Below, piece after piece: positions 55,560-64,000 of a DNA stretch of 64,000 nucleotides. Made by a program: the position numbers and the translations under genes. Within the stretch, counting starts at the first letter, position 1. Each line of letters opens with the position of its first letter. The notes under the pieces were generated by a model, which did not search any database, was not told the origin of the DNA, and worked only from the letters and a program-made list of their open reading frames with translations. The DNA lies in the NCBI RefSeq assembly GCF_009834535.1, contig NC_045707.1, forward strand, positions 63,614,001 through 63,678,000, given 5' to 3'. The DNA is from Camelus ferus. Its lineage: Eukaryota.

Positions 55560-58479
55560 AGAAGCTGCATTTAAATTGAGGAATTTAACAAAAGTGGTTT
55601 TAGAGTTAACTTCTTTACACCCACAAGCGGGGAAGGAGGGGACAGGAGCATCTGTGCACCTGTAATAGCTTAACTCCTATTAAGAGTATAAAAAAATGAA
55701 AGAACTTAATTTCACTCAGAAAAGTTAACGATTTAGTCTTTACATCGTCTATTTGGGTTAGATGCTGTTAACTGCTAACGACTTCCTAGTCAGCACTCTA
55801 TTTGGCTCATTTAACCCTTGACTCAGTTAACAGAAAGCATGTGACCCAAATTTTCTTTGGATGTTTCCTGCAAACTGTGCCAGACAGGGACAGGGGCACG
55901 CAGTGTAAATGCTAAGCGCTCACAAGTACCTTGACAGCTTCTCCACTGGAGAACAATTTGCTTTGCAAAGTGAGCCTGTGGCACCTATGGGACAGAGATG
56001 TACAATCAGGCCACACAACATCGAAAGCAACCTGTAAACAGCTCTAGTGGTGTTTTTCAAGCAGTCTGCTAACCCACTGGGTCTTGTGCCTCCAGACTAG
56101 TGTGGTGTTGGAGATACCTACTATTGGCTCACAACAAAAACCCATCTCTGCAGTTAATAAGTCTTCTTAATTAAAACGGCTGAAAGACAACGGGGCTGCT
56201 CATTGATCACAGCCAAGCTTACTGGAATTTGTACTTTTCATTTTGTCTACTTTTCCACATAGAGATGCGAGGAGCAACATACCGTGTAGGTATTTGAGGA
56301 TGCATGTTTAACAGCTGACCTACTGTTCTAACATTCCAATTCTAACTCAGGGATTGAACATGAGGAAAACAGGGTATTTCTGATTCCCGACAGCTCTTAG
56401 AAAGAAACTTTGATCGCAGTTTTTCTTTACAGTGAGTTTGTTAACAACACAGGTTCCCATGGGCTAAAAGACTGCACGGATATCCAAAAAGTCACAGGGT
56501 ACGGCCAGTCTCACTGTCCTACTCCGCCCCACCTTTGCATCTGAGGACAACACCCTGTTTTTCTCTAAGATGGATAGCCTGAAAAACAGGAGTCTACTTA
56601 CATGACACCGAGAAAAATATTTATAATCAGAATAACCCTCAAAAATCTACAACTTAAAACCCCCATATTAAAGGACCCAAGGGGAGAACAGGCAAATACA
56701 CTGCATCATTCAAATGGCAGTGTGCACATTACAAGTTCAGATGTTTATGATCCAGTAACAACATTAGATACTGATGGAAACCGTTCAGGTTCATTTCAAA
56801 GTTAATCCTGTTTCATATTCAGAAATAAAATGACACTGAAAGTTTGTCTTCAAAATCTAAGAACGGAGGGGGAAACCTACAATAAAATATGCTAAGAGGA
56901 CTGTCATCACTTTTTATAAAAAATGGTGACCAGAACTAGGGCAAATCCAGCTTAGAACATCAAGGAACTACATTTTAAAAACTTAGGGACTTGTCTACCT
57001 GACCATAAGTCAACATGGTAAGCCATGAACTCAATATACAAGGCCAGTTCTCTGACTTCAGAGAGGCTCAGGATCCACCTGGGTGCCTGTAGAACAGAGT
57101 CCTTGACCTCATTTCCAAAAATTCTGATTCTGTAGATCTGAAGTAGAGCCTGGACATGTATTTTGACAATACAAATCAAGAAGTGGAAATGAGCACTCTG
57201 AAGATACTTTAATTAACGGAGTTATGCACATAAAACCACTAGCATGGGTCAAATTACATTATTATCCTCACATTATATAATTTGTAACAATTATTCTCCA
57301 CTTTTGGGGAAAATCAGAGAAGCTTTTGAAAAACTATATGATCTCTCCACCAGATACACATGTATGCACACAAGACTTCAAACACAGTAAGAGGTTCATG
57401 CATCTTCTGAAACCCCAAGCTGGAATAACGTTACCTTATCACATAATTGCACACTAAGGTGAAGTTCTGGGTTCTTCAATAAACATTTTGGGTTACTTTA
57501 TACAAGCTATCATTAATAATGGGCATAATTATATCAAGTTCCCCTAGGAATTAGTTGGCATTCATAAAAACCTTTGGAAATGTCAGGTTTAGCAAGAATC
57601 ACTATCTATCCCAAAAGGCTGTTTTCCTCACTCAAAAAAGCTTTAGTCGTTACCGACACGAAAGTTTCTAACATTATAAAGAGATGAAGAATCCTAGACA
57701 CACGAAACAATCAAAACAGAGATGATTCTTCAATACAGAAAGGTTTCCTGTGGACTCCTAACAGAATTGAAAATACTTTCTACAACCAAATTACTTGAAT
57801 TTTAACTTTAAATTATCACATACTATAGCACGTAATATTTTACATTTGTGAAGAACTGAAATAAACAAATCTTTAAAAAGTTAGACTAAGACATTTACCT
57901 GAACCTACTGTAGCAATATCAACAGATCAAGTTTACACGGTCTTTGCTAACTGAATTTTGCAAGAGTCTGCAATAACTCTGATTAAGTGAAGACTTTCCC
58001 TACCACTATATTATTATCACTTCCATATAAAAAACAGGCTAAAAAGAAATTCAAGACTGTTTGGTAAAAACATTTTAACAGTAGCTTTAATAATGAAACT
58101 TGACAAAAGTTCAACTTACTAAATGTAATAAGATTCTTTTAAAACTCTAAAGTAGATATTATATGTTACATAGTAGAAAAACTCCCAAAAAACCCTGTCC
58201 AGGAAGGACAAGAAAGACATCAAGATGTTCTCAGCAATTTCCTGAACAGCAGGAAATGAAAGGCTGGAGATGCCGAGTTTTTGATCAGTTCACTTTTTTT
58301 CTTTTTCTCTGAATAGGCTTACTCATTATTAACTGATGAAAGATAACATACATATGATATTAAAAGCTACAATCTAATGGTTCTACTGCCATGATTGTCA
58401 GTTAATGCTCAAGCAAGAAAAAAAGTTCATTTGGTTCTCTAGCTTTCTGGAAAAAAAAAAAAAAAAGTCTATCTACCAG

Positions 58480-59862
58480 ACCATTTGAGAACTACGTAAC
58501 TTTTATTTTACATTATCAACATCAATTGTAGGAAGCTGCTTTACTGATTCAGGTAATTACATCCTCCAAGGATAACACCACGCCCAATTTCACGCTAATG
58601 AAACATGTTCTTCAGTTATATGAAGGGTCATGTTTTTTGCTCATTTCCCCAACTCATTCACAAATGGTTGTTTCACTCACCTAAAAATGTAAGACTGGGG
58701 TCCATACTGGATTTTTTTTCTTCTGATGAAGAACTAGCAGATTATTTCTAAGTGTAATTTAACTGAAAACATTACATCAACTTCAATATTTATTTTAATG
58801 ATATGTACAGAAGTTAACAAATCACAATTAAAACGGAATCAGTTCTGTTAATTCCACATAACTTAAAATCATGCAACACTGCATGGTAAAGACAACTGCT
58901 TCGTTCATATACAAAAAAGCGTTACTTTGAGACTCGTGATAGTATATTGAAATATTTGACATAAGCTTTTTGTAAAGAGTATTTTATAAAAATTTAAAGA
59001 CCTGATTAATCAGTTAATGCATCATTAAGAAAGATAATAAACATTATTAGCAAAGTGAGGCTACAAGCAGTTAACTTGAAAATTACACCAGGTACAGGGT
59101 TCAATGTAGTCTCATGAAATAATGTTTCGTTAAGAAAATAGTTTTGAAAAAGATCTCATATTGAAGCTATGTATTAACTTTGTGAAATCAGGTTATATAA
59201 ATCAATAGTCAAGTTTATTCAGTTAAAGAAAATATGCCTATCCTTTCTTATACTCATAAATAAGTACTTATACAGTCTTTATATACAAGTGAAGGAAAGT
59301 TCAATGTAAAAAATATACTGCCAATCCACTTATTATGGTTGAAATAGCTCCTTATCTACACATTAAATTGCATTGATGAAAATGTCCAAATCACATTCCA
59401 CCAGCATAAATATTTAAGCTGAGTACTGTTGTAAACAACATTTGTCACCGGGTAACAATCTACTTCTCAGCTTAGAATGGTATAGAAGGCCCAAACATTT
59501 AATTTAATCAAATCCAAACCCATTAAACTTGGAGTAAACAAAGTGAATGTTTTTCAAAGTGCATAATTTCCAACTCATCCACTTGTAATATTTATCCAAT
59601 TCCAGTTTTTCAGCAAGAAAATAAAATGTACTGAGCTATAAAAATACTAAGGAATGTTACTGAAAAGGAAAGGCTATTTGGTAGAAGTAACTACAAAAAT
59701 AATTAGTTTAAATCTTTGTAAAGCTTTAATGCAAGAACATCAGTACACTCTTTCCATAAACCTTAAAGCATGATCAATACCGAGATTTCAAATTTCCACC
59801 TTTCAAGTACTTTAAAAAAAGTTCAACAAAGTGTCTCTTCAAAAATTAAGCAAGAAGAGTGA
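58480..59862 (-). other. TBC1D15: TBC1D15 3' UTR (distal end approximate)
   Basis: AT-rich sequence after the stop with no recognisable repeat; AATAAA at 59219-59214, 58794-58789 and 58507-58502 (minus). Confidence 0.75.
58760..58810 (-). terminator. Probable TBC1D15 polyadenylation site
   Basis: Minus strand TGTACATATCATTAAAATAAATATTGAAGTTGATGTAATGTTTT: UGUA upstream element, AATAAA, then G/U-rich downstream sequence. Confidence 0.6.
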
Positions 59863-60084
59863 TCATGCAGGTGTTAATCTGCTGACACTTGGGGACACTG
59901 GTATCTCTGTTGGGCTGTCATCTCTGGCTCCACTGGTGGCAAGTACAGACAAGGAGTTACTCTGAAACGCAGGTGTCAGACAATTAGCCATGCCAACATT
60001 TTCATCTTCACCGGTGTCTGAATCCGGTGTTGTAACTTCACTGTCCTGAAGCCCCAGGATCTCACAAACTGCTTGAGGCAACTC
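59863..60084 (-). CDS. TBC1D15: TBC1D15 last exon, coding part (222 nt including TGA)
   Basis: TTCTTATTCAG acceptor; ELPQAVCEILGLQDSEVTTPDSD...SVSRLTPA* matches the TBC1D15 C-terminus; TBC1D15 is the known upstream neighbour of TPH2 in mammals. Confidence 0.96.
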   Translation of the reverse strand, partial: ELPQAVCEILGLQDSEVTTPDSDTGEDENVGMANCLTPAFQSNSLSVLATSGARDDSPTEIPVSPSVSRLTPA

Positions 60085-61046
60085 CTGAATAAGAAAAATC
60101 AAACACAAATCTGTCATTCACCATAGAGGGAAAGTAATCACAAATTAACACTTCTGTTTAAGACTACATCAGAGCGTTTGTTTTAACAGTACAATCGTTC
60201 TGCACCCTCTCAAACCTTCCTTCTCCACTCCAAATGAAGTCCTAAGCACTCTTTTAGTAAGTGGCTCTCGGACCTTCTATTCTGAATTAGCCACTCTCCA
60301 CTCCACCCCACTACTCCCACAAACATATTGTTTTCTAATATTTTGCATTTATTTCATTCTCATTTACATCATCTTTCTCTCTCAAGACACAGAAGCTTCT
60401 TAAACATAAGAAGTATCTTACTGACAGTTTTGAACAGAACAGCTATCAAATACCTGTAGAAATGAGCCACTGTAAATATTTGGAACCATGAACAAATGAT
60501 ACAAAGACCAAGCAAGAATTCTCTAAAAAATATGAAAATCAACATACATCAAAAGTATAATCCTTTGGTTTAAACTGAGAATATAATACATCAAATATGG
60601 CTTGTTTTTGAGATAATTAAGAGCTTGACCGATACAAATGTAAAGACACAGACCAAGTACTATTCACTTAATTATTTCTGATTAGCATCTGTCTTTACTT
60701 GGAGATACTATATATCGAATACGAAGTCCTACTCTGTAGCCACTGATTTAATTGGGTAATGTATCAATGCTTAAGTTCTACAGCCTCTTTGGTTGCTGCA
60801 GAAGTGTTTTCATTACTTTTGTAATTCTGCATTATTATATGTTTCCTGTCTAGCCATAATTAATCAACTGTTTCCAATTAAGTGCTGTAAATCTACAATG
60901 CTAAACAGACACTAGCTAATGCTTTGTGTCTGCCTTCAACTTGCTGCCATCTATTACTTCTAAAAAGAAAAATTCTTTTTTGACCTTAACCCATGAAAAA
61001 CACAAAACAAAAAACCCAGCAATTACTTAAAACACTGTATAGATAC

Positions 61047-61133
61047 CTTGCATTTTACCATCTGTAGAGAAATTGCTTCTGCCTTGCATAGTATATCTTC
61101 CACATCAATTTTCATGGACAATTCATTGATATG
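61047..61133 (-). CDS. TBC1D15: TBC1D15 penultimate coding exon (87 nt)
   Basis: TTTATTTTAG acceptor, GTATCT donor; HINELSMKIDVEDILCKAEAISLQMVKCK. Confidence 0.95.
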
Positions 61134-61645
61134 CTAAAATAAATCAATAAAATAAAATGATGATTGAAACTGAAACACTAGTATGTTCTACTATACAATT
61201 TATTACTTATATTACACTGTAGACAAAAATCCTTAAAATAAAAATATATACTACAAGTAAACAAGAAATTTAATATGTCTTTCATTACATCATTTCAAGT
61301 TTTAAATCTAAAACAGTTAATAAGCTTATGGAACATTAAATCCAGCAGTTGTCCCAAGTCTACTATGTCAAAGTTATAAGCAAAAGACATTTTTTTTAGA
61401 AAACTAAACTACAGAAAAGAGCATTAGTTGAATTTCCTTTTCTTCCTAATTAGCTAGGAAAAATAAGTAGCCAATATGTACTTATTGGACTGTCCTTCTC
61501 AGAGAGCCAGTCCTGGTACTGTTATTGGTAAAATTTAAGTTACTCAGGGGCTTCGGTAATGCTCCAAAGGAATGTTTTGTACATCAGTCCCACCAAAAGG
61601 AGGAAAGAGTCAAAATATTAAAATCTAAATTAAAGGAATCACTAC

Positions 61646-61762
61646 CTTAAGTATTTCATTAAAGCCATAATGCTTTTCCATTATTTGCTGCTTTTCTGAT
61701 TCCAGAATAGCACAACAGAGAAGAAGATGGAAATTTTTACATGGTAGTTCAGTCCACATCAC
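61646..61762 (-). CDS. TBC1D15: TBC1D15 third-from-last coding exon (117 nt)
   Basis: TTTTTATAG acceptor, GTAGTG donor; VMWTELPCKNFHLLLCCAILESEKQQIMEKHYGFNEILK. Confidence 0.95.
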
Positions 61763-63747
61763 CTATAAAAAATAGAACACCTGTTTAGTAAACTATACCA
61801 ATTCTAAAATGCTCTCTTCACAGATACAGTGCTGACCTCTAAATGCCTTCTATGCAATGCAGAAGCTGTCTAGATGGGAGAGTCCACTCTTTTTCTAGTT
61901 AAGTGAAATGAGGTGTGGGGAAGGGAAGTCTCACCTTTACCTGCGAAGTAACTAACATTACGTGTAACATTATGTGAATACAATGAATTCCAAATGTGGC
62001 TCCTTAGGTAACTACAGTAACACTGAGTCTAGCCAGTAAGATAAATGGCATGAATTAAGGAGCCACAGCCAAGAGGTTAAGGTGTAAGGGTTAGAGGCAT
62101 TTTCAATATTTTTCTGACCCTTTACTTAAAAGTTTTTCACTTTTAAGTAACCTTCAGTCTCGTGGAGGAAGAGTGGTGGGTAGTGCTAAATTCTGGAAGT
62201 AAAGATGCACTTGTACATTGCATGGAATAAAAAACACCCAGAGGTAGCTCCAATTTCTAAACATCATACTATGTAATGAACTCAGAGTATTCCTGATTAT
62301 GACAAAAACTGAATGGACCACCCCAAATTTATACCCAAATGCATAAAATATTTTATCAATAGCTGCACTTCTTCCTAAGTTCCTTAAGTATAGGTAATGT
62401 CCTAAAGCTGAAGGTCTTAATTTCCCCCTGGTTAATGTACCTAATAATACCTTTCCTAGAAAAATCAAAAACTCATGTAAACAATGCTATTAAAGCACAC
62501 CTGAAATATTTTTTCTTCTTTCACCAAAAATAAATCAAGTTGGATACTTTTCATACTAAATCCAATTTTTGAAAGTTTAATTACAATGTAATTACTCTCA
62601 AAGGTTCCATTAAAAGTTCCAATTTATTGGTAAACACAGATTAAGAAATTATTCCAGCTACGTGGTAACTTTAAAAAAAGAAGTTGAAATACTAATTTAA
62701 CAAAATTGATAAGCTTTAAAATACGATTCTAGGTTGAGAACATATGAGCTTTTCTTCTAATGTCAAACAAAGGAAGTGATGCCCCATAAGTCAGTGCATC
62801 ACCTCCTCTAATGGGAGCACAGTCACCAGGAGTACAGGAATTGACTCCACCTGTAACAGCCTCGGAGGGCACTGGCGTTCCAGTGTAGACTAAGGCTTTC
62901 ATTATCCAAATGGATTATTCTCCCAATTCTTTGGGAAAATTTCTGTCATCTTCATTTGTATAAAGATAAGGTAGCAATCAGTTGTTTTACCAATATTCTA
63001 TTTCAAAAGCTCATCCGTCTGTTAACAATTAACAGATACGTGAGAAGAAAGTAGTAATTTTGTTTTTCATCAAGCAGTGCCCTGGGTGCAAAATGGAATA
63101 AAACAATATACACCAAAAACATGATGATGGGTATCGCTTAGAGTGGAAAGAGGAAAATGGGGCTTGGGGTGGTGAGCAAAGATGTGAGCTATATCCTTAA
63201 ATGTTTTTTTCTTGGAAAGAAAGAGAAAAAACTAGAAGTAAGCAAGGCAAAATGTTTACATATGTTAAGTGTGAATAGTGGGATGTGTGTTATATTATTC
63301 TTCGTATTTTGCTCTCACTCAAATTTCTTTAGAAAAAAAAAAAAAGCCAAACACAAGTCAGTTCCCTCCCAATGCTTCAGACGGCAAATAAAGCACTATC
63401 TCTAAGGACCGGCCTGACAAAACTTCCTTAACTCTGCACGAAGCTACACCAGAATGTGGCCGAGCCTCACATGAAGTCCCGTCTCCCAAGGAAAGAACAC
63501 AGGCACAAATGGTCCACAGAACTGGTTCTGGGAAACCTACTGGCCCCAAGGGTTTGATTTACAGTAAAAAGCTCCAAAGACCAGACATTCAGTTCAAGAT
63601 TGTTAATTTTTAAGGAGAGACCACAAACCACCAGGATTTCAGAACAACACTGCTTTAGAAATTCCAGTCGGGATATTACAATCTATTTATAGATACAAAT
63701 GTTTATTTCAATAAATATTATATTTTAATAATAATTTAAGAACTTAC

Positions 63748-63845
63748 CTCCCATAATCGGAGAATATCTAGAAAACTAAATTCCCTTTTAAATCTGATTA
63801 AAAGCCACCTGAAGCAGAAATAAAGGTATCCAGAGTCCTGGGATT
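63748..63845 (-). CDS. TBC1D15: TBC1 domain family member 15, fourth-from-last coding exon (98 nt); gene extends beyond the right edge
   Basis: TTTCTGTAG acceptor, GTAAGT donor; (E)SQDSGYLYFCFRWLLIRFKREFSFLDILRLWE, the TBC-domain FRW..REF..RLWE motif. Confidence 0.96.
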
Positions 63846-64000
63846 CTACAGAAAGAAAAAAGAAATACTTATATATGGCTTACTCTTATGCTAATTATCT
63901 CAGAATACAATAAACTATTTCAAACTCAAATTTTTCTGTTCATCTTAGGCTATTAAAAGTCCTATAAATGTAACTGCCTTCTACTAATTCAAGGAAACAA

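Noticed and set aside
59393..59400. miR-1 8mer ACATTCCA
   Set aside because: On the plus strand, antisense to the TBC1D15 mRNA

Overview
This is mammalian genomic DNA, most likely camelid (camel/alpaca/llama), judged from four copies of the tRNA-derived Vic-1-type SINE. Two genes lie head-to-tail on the minus strand: the last four coding exons and 3' UTR of TBC1D15 (Rab7 GAP; about 63.8-58.5 kb), and the promoter plus exons 1-7 of TPH2 (neuronal tryptophan hydroxylase 2; 46.7-15.0 kb). TPH2 exons 8-11 must lie left of the window. All 11 coding exons were placed by hand from splice signals and join in frame. The rest is intronic or intergenic sequence with typical mammalian repeats (MIR, L2, L1, MLT1, hAT and Tigger MITEs, microsatellites) and 5S and U6 fragments. 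Nearly all ORFs in the supplied track are spurious. I found no evidence of a new gene system. The points most worth checking are regulatory: a GC-AG intron 3 lacking the downstream GT that yields TPH2b in humans, a split RE1 plus a hairpin and a CTCF-like motif in the TPH2 5' UTR, two GGAA arrays in an ETS (PET-1/FEV) target gene, and a short L1 with a probable 3' transduction beside exon 5. Repeat family names and human comparisons come from remembered sequences, not from a database search.
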